Assembly: GCF_006345805.1 (NCBI RefSeq)
Contig: NC_042999.1
Location: 96,100,001-96,164,000 of the forward strand
Direction of reading: 5' to 3'
Source of the DNA: Octopus sinensis
Lineage: Eukaryota
DNA: 64,000 nt
In this document: positions 40,176 through 50,799 of the stretch, piece after piece
How positions within the stretch are numbered: the stretch's first letter is position 1
Layout of the letters: each line of letters begins with the position of its first letter
Program-made: the position numbers and the translations under genes
The notes under the pieces: model-generated
What the model was told of the DNA's origin: nothing
Database searches by the model: none
What the model saw: only the letters and a program-made list of their open reading frames with translations

Positions 40176-40325
40176 TACGACGGGCTTCTTTTCAGTTTCT
40201 GTCTACCAAATCCACTCACAAAGCTTTGGTCGACCCAAGGCTATAGTAGAAGACACTTGCCCAAAGTGCCACGGAACCATGTGGTTGGTAAACAAGCTAC
40301 TTACCACACAGCCACTCCTGCGCCT
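39913..40325 (-). mobile_element. Young, near-complete tRNA-derived SINE (family A) with internal (TA)n
   Basis: Head aggcgcaggagtggctgtgtggt (A box), with the B-box region apparently deleted relative to other copies. CpG-rich body and (aaaagagt) tail. Confidence 0.88.
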
Positions 40326-40369
40326 ATATATTAAAGTATATTTATTAATTAATTAATTATTTTATTGTT

Positions 40370-40475
40370 CTAGATTATTTTTAACCTGATGAGCGACTAT
40401 ATTTATATCGAAGTGTTTTCTCTACTACTATGATCATATCTTAAATATAGCCATGAAACATGTGTCGTTTTTCTA
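40370..40475 (+). ncRNA. Degenerate type-I hammerhead ribozyme motif inside the sif intron
   Basis: CTGATGA at 40386-40392. Stem II gcgactatattta/taaatatagccat (13 bp with 2 mismatches and a wobble, consistent with CpG decay). GAAAC at 40455-40459, palindromic ACATGT stem-III region, canonical GUC at 40464-40466. Stem I is weak. Confidence 0.6.
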
Positions 40476-40651
40476 CCTATTATATATGTTTTTATTATTA
40501 TTTTTTGCAATTTACTTAATCTTTGACATTTTATTGTTATTTTAATTTTTATTTTTCTATTATATGTAATTTTCTAGATGGTGTAATTCAATTGTTCATT
40601 TTGAATTGATAAAAGATGCTTTTTTCCTAATTTTTTTATATATTTATATAC

Positions 40652-40715
<64 letters not shown>

Positions 40716-40725
40716 CCTAGACAAA

Positions 40726-41350
40726 TGTTGGATATATAATTTAACAATGCGGAGGTGGTAATATCAATGTGTTCTCACAATGTATGTCTCAAGACAACAA
40801 AACGTCCTCGCAATGGCTCCTACTAACCTCTGTCTTAACCAATACACTACTCTTTATAAGAGTTTGGCTAATCCATTCTTCCAATCCCCCCCAGGGATGT
40901 CAGTGACTCTCATGCGTCTCTCCCTTTGAGATTGACTTCCGTTGGAAGTTGATATTATCAGTTTTATTTATTTTTCTTTCATCACATCTCCCTTTTTGAA
41001 ATTTTCCTCCTAAGGAAGTGTAATACCTCCAGTTGGGGACTACTTCCAACCATTCTGTTTGTTTCCTCTTCCTTGTGCTGCTATGCTTTGGCTTGGTTTC
41101 TCATGGTGTTGGAACATCAAAGGTATCATAGAACACTTCCATCAGTATCTCTTTTTCCTTTATGTCTATTTTTTAGCTAGTTTAAATGTCTTTTGTGTTC
41201 CCATTTTTCACCTCTTCCCAAGATATATAAACATGTCTTCCATGTTTATATATTTTGAAAAGCACCTTGTCACTGTTATTAAAATGCTTTGTTGTATATT
41301 AAGTGTTTTCTTTTTTGTTTTTCTTACTGGTAACAGCTTGTCGAAAATCC
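40726..41350 (-). mobile_element. Gypsy-like LTR retrotransposon 3' end (integrase C-terminus, PPT, LTR about 40986-40726)
   Basis: The minus strand reads IFDKLLP...KHFNNSDKVLFKIYK...KRHLN.LKNRH..EILMEVFYDTFDVP, then PPT aaaaaggggaga immediately followed by TGTG. The LTR probably ends ...ccaaCA at 40726 (end less certain). Confidence 0.75.
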
Positions 41351-42338
41351 ACATTTTGAACACATTTAAAAGGGCGTTAAGAAAATCTAGGAACAAATTA
41401 AGTAATAACAAAGCACTAACAAAATTGTTAAGGGTATATAGAGTAACCTCCAATCCAAGTGCAAATTCAGGAAAGTCACCTACAGAGTTGATGTTCACAA
41501 GAAGAATAAAATTGATTTTTGATAAGTAGGCCCCAAAATGGCATGCATTCTCTCGTGATGACCCTATACACTTGCTGGCGTCCAGTATGCGGAGCTTTCG
41601 ACTGGTAGCACATGCATGTGCAAGTTGTTTGCCAAGCATATTACCAGAGATAAAAAGATGCAAAAGAAATACAAAAGATGCAACGAAACATTTCAAAGTA
41701 GGAGATAAAATGCATTTTAAAACCTATAGAAGTGGTAAAGAAGGCTGGGAGGATGGCCTTGTAACCAAAAATAATAGGAAGTATGCTGTATCTAATTAAA
41801 GGACCCTGCCAGGAACATAAGAGACACATAGATCAGCTAAAGAAGAGACATATCGAAGAATGGAGAGAAATTCCTATGGAAGTATATTTTGATGTATTCA
41901 ATGTCCAAGCACTGAAAGTAATAGATTTCCATAGAACCAGCATGAGAAAACAGAAGCAGACCAAACATCTTGAGATAAGGCCCAAGTCAAAATTATAAAA
42001 AAAAAAAGAAAAATAAGAATTCTTTATTCCTTCAGGACTCAAAATCACAAAAGGGGAGATGTTATGGCAAGAGTATGACACCCTCTTGGCAAGAATAGAT
42101 GGGACCACTACATATAAATAGTAGCAGTCTGACATAGCAGTTCATAGTTTGGTCTTTGAAGTCCAGGTACAGTTTACAGTTCAAGTTAGTGTGTTGGAAA
42201 TATTGATTGTTGGGTCATTATGTGTTTGTTACTGCCACTGTTTTTATTTTGTATTATAACACTATTACAGTGTATTCTGTATCTATCATTGGCAATATCA
42301 ACCATACTATGATATTGGAGGCATAAGAATATATAACA
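41351..42338 (+). mobile_element. Gypsy-like LTR retrotransposon 3' end (integrase C-terminus, PPT, 279-bp LTR 42060-42338)
   Basis: TFKRALRK...LRVYRVT.NP...GKSPTELMF.RRIKLIFDK...HFKVGDK...HKRHIDQLKKRH. PPT aaaaggggaga. LTR with TGTTAT...ATAACA inverted ends and an internal tataaata. Confidence 0.85.
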
Positions 42339-44007
42339 ATATATGGGACGCCTAGACTTAATCAAAGCAATGCAATTTAGATTGTGCTAAGGGTGCTCTG
42401 AGGTGCCATGTAAAAAACACTCAGTACACTTTGTAAAGTGTTTGGTATCAGGAATGGTATTCAGCTGTTGAAACCAAGCAAAAGCAGACTATGGAATGTG
42501 GTGTGGCCCCTGGCCTTGTCAGTACCTGTCAAGCCATCCAACCCATGCCAGCATGGAAAACTGACATTAAGTGAGGATGATAACACTTCAGTACACTACT
42601 TATAGAATCTAAAATGCATTGCTATGACTGAGTCTGTCTATCCCACTTCCATTAAAGCCACCACCAAAATCTATGGCATTCAGAAATAGACTGGATAGTA
42701 GAGAGAATGTACTTTGTCCAGATAGTCATGCTGCACTACATACAAGTCTTCATCATGTGTTGGAGTGTGCAGTATAGTCCTCAGCAAAACAGAAAGAAAG
42801 CTCTGTGGTCATGTTTCAACATTTGGCTGACTGCCTGCATGCTATAGAACTGATCAATCAGATTTGACCTGGATTTACGCAACTAACACCCAAACTGCAG
42901 TTATTCAACTTAAAGTCAGTATTGTGTTATTAGCAGTTATAATTTAATTTGTTGTTTTCATGAGGCTTGTAAATTCCCCCTTTCCAGTGCATTATTTTTC
43001 CCATTGTTGAAATCAACAATGGTATTGTATATCACCCATTAGAAATAACACCTTTTAGCACAAACAACTTATTTATCTATTTTGTATTACATGTATTGTA
43101 AGCGTTCAGACTTTTCCATTTATTGAGATTTTCATAGAATTTCCTTTTATTTGTTGTTTCCAATTATTATTATAATCAAGAAAAGTAGATAATTTAATCA
43201 ATGAAGTGGATGGGTGGCTTGGGATCACTACTGATTTTCAGAATGTTGATAGTTCTTTTATTCTTTTACTGGTTCTGGCCATTGAGATGTGGACATGGAG
43301 TGTTGCCTTTTATTTAAATTCAATATTTTCTCAGATAGAAATATTTTAACATCTCTTGTTCAGCAGAACCAATTAAAAGCATAACATAAAAATTTCAGGA
43401 ATATCCTAAAACTGCGATATTGTTTAAGCATTTTTTCCCCCTATTATTTTAGTCAGTGTTAATAGCAGGAGTAAAATTCTTAAAGGGATTCTGATATCAT
43501 TGTTATTATCTTAAATCAATTTTCAATGAAAATGAACTTTATTGCTTTCATATCATTCTTATCTTAGTGTTCAGGAAATCTCTGACAAGAGTAAATTCTT
43601 AGCTTTAACTTTACCAGATGAAAGTATAATAAAAGAAAAACAACAATAAATGTCGCAAGCCATTGATTTCTCCAAAAACAAATACTAATCTTATATTCAT
43701 TAATGTTAGCTAAGGCCAACATGTTTTAAGGGATAATTTAGCACAAAAAAGCCATTAGCAATTACATAGTGATGCTCTTTGTTTGGAATTAAATCTATTG
43801 CTGTAAACTGTGATTTCAGTATGGTAACAAATCTTTATTAAGTGACTAGACAAAATAACCAGGAGTATTAAGTATCAAGCTTATAGCTTGTGGTTTCTTA
43901 TCCAACTAGTTAGCATGTTAAGTAAGTTTCTTTCAGTTTACATTTCAAAGACATTTGCAACAGACCAGTATCCTGTACACGAAAAGGGCAAAGACTCCAA
44001 ACATGTA

Positions 44008-44530
44008 TTGGGTCATCCCATGAATAATGTGGTTTTTTATACTTCTTTTATTTTTCAGAATTAAGATAAACAGAGTTCTTTTTTAATCCAAAATATATTC
44101 TTCTTCAGTTTCTACAATGTTCTTCCATTTATCTGCTAGACTGATGGCACAAAGGTGTTGATGAATGGTTGAATGACCAAATCCAAGTTTCTCTGCTAGT
44201 TCCTCAACAGTTACGATGGGATTTTGTTCTACCAGGGTTTGCAGGATGTCCTCATCAAGCTCTACAGATCTTCCAGGATGAGGCTCATTTTCTAGGCTGT
44301 AGTTTCTGGCTCAGAATTTCTGGAACCACTGTTGACACTGGCTTACACTTATCGTCCAATCCCCATATACTGCATTAATATTCCTCACTCTATTGTGTTG
44401 TTGCCATTATTATAACTGTCAAAATTGAACTGCACTCTTCAACACCTGCACTAAGAATAAGGACAAAGTTACTACCTACTTTTATAGCAAGTTGATGCAG
44501 GTAGTTTATCCTGTTCCCCTCCGACTTTTA
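44008..44530 (-). mobile_element. Internally deleted mariner (N-terminal HTH region fused to the extreme C-terminus)
   Basis: TA plus TIR ttgggtcatcccatgaataatg at 44006-44030. Minus-strand NINAVYGD...QWFQKF*ARNYSLENEPHPGR...EELAEKLGFGHSTIHQHLCAI|SLADKWKNIVETEEEYILD*. Other TIR not found. Confidence 0.8.
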
Positions 44531-45734
44531 GGTGTACACCCTACAAGAAAGGGGTTCCACTAAGCACACTGGAAATTAATTTAAAAGCATGGCTGTTAAA
44601 TACAGGTGTGATTGTTTGGTTAAGAAACTTACTTCCCAACCATGTAGTTTTGGGTTCAGCCTTACTGTACAGAATCTTAGACAAGTGTTATTAACTATGG
44701 CTTTGAACCAATCAACAATGTTTCTAATATTAGGTTGATCAAAAAAAGTTTTGTCTGTTTCACCAAAAGCATTGGGAAAATTACTCCTTTTGAGTAAGGT
44801 GCCACTACTTATTTTATCTTTGTATATACATTCTTCTAAAAACGAAAAGAAAAAGTTAAAATGCTTCTCAAACTAAGATTATTTCAGCTGTTGAATGTCT
44901 TAGTTGGTTGCCTAAAGAATTTCTAAACAGAGAATTGAAAGTGCAGTCTATACTAGAGCTGGTAATTCATAGTATTCAAGCTCCTTGCCAGCCATAGGCA
45001 GTACATAATGATTAGGATCAGCACTTTGTTGTGCATATCAGATATATCTAGGCATGATTATTTTTTATATTTGTTGTGTTTGTTACAGTATGTCATTTGT
45101 CATATCAATATTTTATAGGAGTTATCTAATATTTAAATAGGTTATTAAAATTTATTTAAAAACCATCTTTACAAAGATAATACTCAGTTTCAAATACTAT
45201 AGACTACAGAAAATAATTCACTCATTGTTTCACATTTAAATTTGAGAATATTGTTATCACATTATGTTTACCTGAATTATTCTATCAATGTTACTAACAA
45301 TAGCAGTAAACAATTATATTTCACACAGAATATATAGACAGTAAATATATTGGAACACTATCATTATTAGAATTCCTCATTTAAAAAAAATCATATCATG
45401 AAAAAGTTTGTACATGGTTTTAGACGCAATGCAATATAAAAAAAATATTTATTCTTTTATTGTTTCATATCAAATATGTTTATATTTCTATAATATTCAG
45501 ATATTATGTTCTGTAAATCAGACTGTTCATTTTCTAAAATTTGATAATATACCCAAACATTGTGAAAGTTAAGTGTGGTTTTTGAACATAAAACCTGAAA
45601 CTTTTAGAATTACAAATAGATTTAAATGTGAAACCATGAGAGATTATATTATATCTACCTTCCATGGTATTTAAACACTATTTTTATAAATATATAATAT
45701 CTCATAATATATATATATATATATACACATACAC

Positions 45735-45778
<44 letters not shown>

Positions 45779-45797
45779 ACACACACACACACACACA

Positions 45798-47815
45798 TAA
45801 TGGCTATCCACTCATGACCGAGGAAGACCATTGCTGACCTTCAAGAACATTGTGCGCCCTTGGACTAACTTATATTTTGCACTTGTGGCTCCATTAGTGG
45901 CTAATGAACCCTACTCTTGACAAGCACACATGACTGCAAACATTGCAAACCAAGCTTACCCCATTCACCACACTAGCAGTGCACTTTCGACCAGCACACT
46001 TAAATTATTCATGCAGAATATGTGCTCTCTCAAAGGTGTTGACCCGCCTCCTTAACCTACTTCCTCCATCTGTGGCAATGACAGGCATTGCTCTCCTAGT
46101 CAGTCTCCTGCATATCACAGGCTTTTAATGAGAACTCAACACAGTCCTTATATCGCAGCCTTGGTTTCTGCTGTGGTCTCTTTCCATTAACAAGTTCCCC
46201 ATACAGCATCGGTTTAGGGATCCTGCTATCCTTCATTCTAATAAGGTGTCCAGTCCAACATAACTGATGTTTGTGCATCATCGCCTCAATACTCAAGATA
46301 TCAGTTGTCCTCAGGACCTGTGTGTCTAAAGTTTTTAAGGTCCAGCCAACATTTAAAATGTGTCTCAGTCATCTCTGATGAAAGCATTCAAGGACCCTTA
46401 CATGACATTTGCAAAGGGTCCATGTCTCACATGAGTAAAGTAACGGTGTCAGTACACATGCAGGGTACACAGAAACTTTTGTTTGCTTTGAGATGCCATG
46501 TTGGGACCAGGCACGAGACTGAAGAGACTGGAAGGAATCAGTTGTTCTCTGCAGCCTGAAAGATATTTCATCATCCAGGAAGCAAGAACGGCTGAGTGTG
46601 CTGCCCAGGTAGACAAACTTGTCTACCCCTTTCAGAATTGTTCCCTCAACCAAGATAGCTGGTTCTACTTATGGATTTCCTGGTGCAGGCTGGAACATTA
46701 CAACAGTCTTGTCCACTCTAATGCTGAGTCCAAATGCCTTGCAAGAAGCAGAAATACGATTCATAAGTACTTGCATGTCATCCATTGTATGAGTGACTAA
46801 GTCACAGTCATCTGCACAAAGGAGGTCATGAATGAGAGATTAGGAAACTTTTGAATTGGAAGCAAATTGGCACAGATTAAAGAGGTGGCTAGAAGATCGA
46901 TACCTGATGTATATTCCCAAAGCTAACATTAGCAAAGGCATGAGTAAAAGCAGCAGCAAAGTACAAAGGAAAGAGAGTTGGGGCAAGGATGTCACCCTGC
47001 TTAACACCATTCTCTACAGGAATGGCTCCCACTATGCCACCACCACCATTGACCCAAGCCTCCATCCCATCATGAAATGATTCAATTATAGATACAAAGT
47101 GATCCAGACATCCAAGTTTGCCAAGTATTTTCCATAGTAAAGCCTTATTCACAGTATCAAAGGCCTTGGTTAAATCAGTGAATACCTGGACAAGATCTAT
47201 ATTCTGCTCATAGCACTTCTGCATGTCTTGCTGTGAAAAATCATATCAATTGTCCCTCTATGAGATTGGAAGCCACATTGAGATTCAGATAGGGCATCAT
47301 TTACGAGACATCCATTCAGGCAGGTAAGAAGAATATTTGCCAGAACTTTGTCAGCAGCTGATAGTTGAGCAATACCTCTGTAGTTACCACACATTGTTCT
47401 GGCTCCTTTTTCTTTATAAAGAGGAAGAATAAATGCATCCTTCCAGTCCTTAGGCATTGCACCATCCCTCTAGATTACACAAATAAGTTCATGAAGAGAC
47501 TGTATGGTGTAATCACCACCAAATCACAAGACCCCTTCCACATGCCCTACCAAGATTCAATTTACTTATTGATGTCATTACCTCATCTATTGAGGGCATG
47601 GAATTTAAGGAGCCAATGATAGGTCTTTGTTGCATAGTATCAATCACTGTTTCATCTACAACTGACTCGTGATTTAGGAGTTCAGAGAAATGTCCAGTGA
47701 CCTGTGATTTCTGTTGATTTAGTAAATAGAGTAGAAGACTCTTTGGAAATCAAAGAATCTGATGCAGAGCTCTTAGGTCCATAAACCTGCTTCATAAGAT
47801 GGTAGAGCTTCACAG
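45798..47815 (-). mobile_element. 5'-truncated, decayed RTE (BovB-like) LINE with a C-terminal C2H2-like motif
   Basis: ORF-track pieces WKDA.I.PLYK.KG...GNYRGI, DLTKAFDTV, GVKQG.ILAP.LF, F.YLGS, LLY.CETW, L.W.GH..RM...R.PK..LYGEL, plus CNVCSHVCLSRVGFISH*WSH near the end. Ends at (CA)n. Confidence 0.93.
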
Positions 47816-48620
47816 ACCTCAGCCAATTGGACAGTGTGATAGGTGGAACATCTACTTTGGCTTTTCATAGAGGATTAGTAGAGGAAAAGTGTGACAACGT
47901 TCTTAGGAAGACTTTGGGCATTGGAGAAGATCAGCTAATTGTTCTTTTCCAGGGAACTTTCAGGCAGAGACCAATAGATAATTTGCAAAAATCTCTGGCC
48001 TGGCAGTGCTAGTGGGGAGCTTTGCCTGTTCAAGATAAACTTTACAGACACGGAACTGCTGTCAGCTGAGCATGTCCAAGATGCATGCAGGACGAGACGG
48101 TCTTACATGCACTCGTCCAGTGCCCGAGCATTGCTGACCTGTGGGTTTATGTCGAACACCTGTTGTTACATGTGGGATGGATCCAGCTATCAGCTGAATC
48201 CATCATGAAGATCACACCACCACCTTCCTTTAACTGAGAAAGAAAGGCTGTTTTTATATGCCTGATGACCATGCCAAAAGAAGTTGTGTGCTTGACGAGA
48301 TTAAAGGGACTGAAGACAAACACTTTTCTCCTTGGCAAATCCCTGATGAACTTCTTTAAGTTTCACTTGAAAAGGAAAAATAAAGGTAGAGAGGGAAGTG
48401 TTATCTTCTCGTCAGTTTGCCGAAAGGTGGATGAAAGAGGTGAGAATGGTATGAGTGAACAGGCCTGCCCTAAGCTTATGCCTGTAGATGGAAAGAGGAA
48501 GGAAAATGAAATAAAGCACCTGCCCCAAAAGTCAGGGTACCCATGGTTTTTATGGGGTTTTTCCGTGAGCATCCCTTGAGTGTCTCCTCCCTATTGATGA
48601 TTACACATTGTTGCTCTTTT
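47816..48620 (+). mobile_element. 3' fragment of a Tx1/L1-like LINE (zf-RVT/CCHC region)
   Basis: Translates to SLAWQC...GALPVQDKLYRHG...CPRCMQDETVLHALVQCP...LW, the C-x2-C...H...C signature of the L1/Tx1 ORF2 C-terminus. Contains stops. Confidence 0.8.
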
Positions 48621-48749
48621 TTTTAAATTTTATTAGTCTTGTTTACATGCAAAATCCTCACTACACACACATACATGCACACATTTTTTTTTCTTTTGTT
48701 CTGTGCTGTCCATAATGTTTTTCTTCATGTAAACCCTTGTGGCTAATAA

Positions 48750-50371
48750 AGAAATCATTACCAGTGAACTACGGTAATACCCCTTATTTTTCAAGCACCA
48801 TCCAGAGTATTTGAGCAGTTCCAAGCAGTTCTGTTTTATGCTAGCGCTCTACTTTTATTGCAGCCCCTATTTGTTCCATGTACTTCTCAAGATTTTTACT
48901 CACTGTTTCCAGGGCTCTGACAATTATTGGTACTACTACTACCTTTTCCAGTGACCCCAACTGCTTAACCTCCCAAGCTAACTTGTTATATCTATCGACT
49001 TTTCTTTCTTCCTTATAGCACACCTTGTTGTCAGCTGAGCATGCTATATATATGATCCAGCATCGTTTGCTTTCTTTCTCATTTAAGATTATGTCTGGTT
49101 TCCTATCCTCTATCTCATGGTTGCACTGAATCATAAAATCCCATAGGATCTTTGCATTATCATTTTCGATGATGCCTTCTGGTTTATGTTTATGCCACTT
49201 TTATGCTCAGTCCATACTTGTTGCAAAGTGTCCAATGGACAATCCTTGCAATATTGTCATGACATACCTTATATTCTTTCTGGGCTAGTGGTGTAAATTG
49301 ACTGGTAATATACCATATGGTTTCACCATTTTGTCCACAGATTCTGCACTTATCACTTTCTGAAGAGTTGTCTATTCTGTATTTGATGTAATCTGCTCTT
49401 AATGCTTGCTCTTGGGCAGCACAGATTAGAGCCTTCATTTCCTGCTTTAAATCACTTTTAGTCATCCATAGCCATCTTTTTTCTCTGTCTGTCTTATCTT
49501 CAACATCCCTATGAAATTGTCCATGCATTTTTTTCTTTATCCACCTATTTTCAGTTTCATTCATTTTCAAGTGCTTGTACAAATGCTCTTTACAATCTTC
49601 CATCCTACACAAGCCTGACCTTTTTACTTCCAATAATAGAAGTTCTGTGGAATTTTTTATGTACCATGCTATGTTGTTTTCTTCTACTCTAATATTGTTT
49701 GCATCCAATCGGTCTTCTTTCTCCTCTTTTTCTTGGTACATACAGTCTATCTGTGTCTCTTTTTGGGTGGAGTATCCCATATCTAGTCAGCGACTTCCTT
49801 GCCTTTTTGTCTAAACTGTTTAGTTCGTCTACTGTCCATGCAATTACCTCTGCTCAATATCTAAGGAGTGAAACCACCCAGGTGTTGATAGCATCAATTT
49901 TATTCCATCTGTTTAATTTTAACTTAAGGGTCAGTCTCATTCTGCACAAATACTCCACCTTAAATTTTTTTGTCATTTCTTTTTCCATCAATTTCTCCAT
50001 TTCCAATATCCCCAAATACTTATAGCCTATCTTTTCTATCTGCTTCCTAACTTCCCCAACATTATCGCTAGCCCATTCATACATTTGATTTTGCCTCTCT
50101 TCAAGACTAACACACCACACTTTTTCAGTCCGAACTCCATTCTGATACCAGCACTGAAAGTATACACCATATCAACAAGAGAACTGACTTGAGATTCATC
50201 TTTACCATAAAGTTTGAGGCCACCCATGGATAACAAGTGGCTGACTTTTTGCTGGCAGCTCTTGAATACATACCCAGCCTTTGCTTTCCTCAGAATCAGT
50301 GTTAGTGGCATCATGCACAGTACAAAGATCTGTGGGGGACAGGAAGTCCCCTTGGAAGATGCTTCTCCTGC
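48750..50371 (-). mobile_element. 5'-truncated R4/Dong-like non-LTR retrotransposon (RT C-half, CCHC knuckle, restriction-like endonuclease)
   Basis: IFQGD.LSP, HLL(S)M(GG)LKL (decayed YMDD), KYLG, MHGQF, CRICG...ET..I...HDN, RKPDII...E.K..RY, LLGTA.IL. The 5' end abuts (TAA)n. Confidence 0.9.
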
Positions 50372-50456
50372 TTATTATTATTATTATTATTATTATTAAT
50401 ATTATTATTATTAATAATATAAGGAGAAGAAGAAGAAGAAGAAGAAGAAGAAGAAT
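50372..50456. repeat. Compound microsatellite (TTA)n-(AGA)n, about 170 nt upstream of the PH exon
   Basis: Directly visible. Other long microsatellites: (TTA)n 124-163; (TA)n 847-878, 5475-5536, 22294-22339, 40640-40710, 57372-57405, 58262-58296; (CA)n 24103-24152; (TA)/(CA) 45710-45797; (TTA)n 62869-62909. Confidence 0.95.
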
Positions 50457-50629
50457 AGGGGTTGTAGACTCATTAAAGCATCATTGAAATATGCCTTGTG
50501 GTATTTATTCTCTCAATTTACATTGTGGATTTGACCTTGTATTTATGCTAAAAACAATTATTATTAAGGATTACTTTCAACATGTATAGGTTCAAATTTC
50601 AAACAGACAGATATTTATTTCATTTACAG

Positions 50630-50799
50630 ATGGCTGGTTGTCAAGAACTGGTTAATTCATAAAAAACGCAAATTGGAACTTGCTCCTAAACGGAATTGGA
50701 AGCGTTACTGGGTATGTCTAAAGGGAACCATGCTGCTATTCTTTGACTGTGATGAAGAGAGTGCTATCACAGAAGAAAGTGCCCCAAGGCATGTACTAG
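50630..50799 (+). CDS. sif/TIAM1-like: Internal coding exon (170 nt, phase 2 to 1) of the same gene, first half of the PH domain: (G)WLVVKNWLIHKKRKLELAPKRNWKRYWVCLKGTMLLFFDCDEESAITEESAPRHVL
   Basis: Acceptor tttatttcatttacAG and donor G|gtaagt at 50800. 56 open codons. Strong resemblance to the Sif/TIAM PHn motif (K.WL..KK..ELA.KR.WK.YWVCLKGT.LLF..C...APKH). Missed by the ORF track because it is short and has no upstream ATG. Confidence 0.96.

Larger units (their letters stand above)
38934..50629 (+). other. GT-AG intron (11,696 nt) of the sif/TIAM1-like gene
   Basis: Bounded by the donor and acceptor of two exons that join in frame (GG+A = Gly). Confidence 0.88.

Noticed and set aside
44718-44765. 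Isolated mariner-like TIR (tattaggttgatcaaaaaaagtttt)
   Set aside because: No partner TIR or transposase sequence found nearby; too short to call an element.
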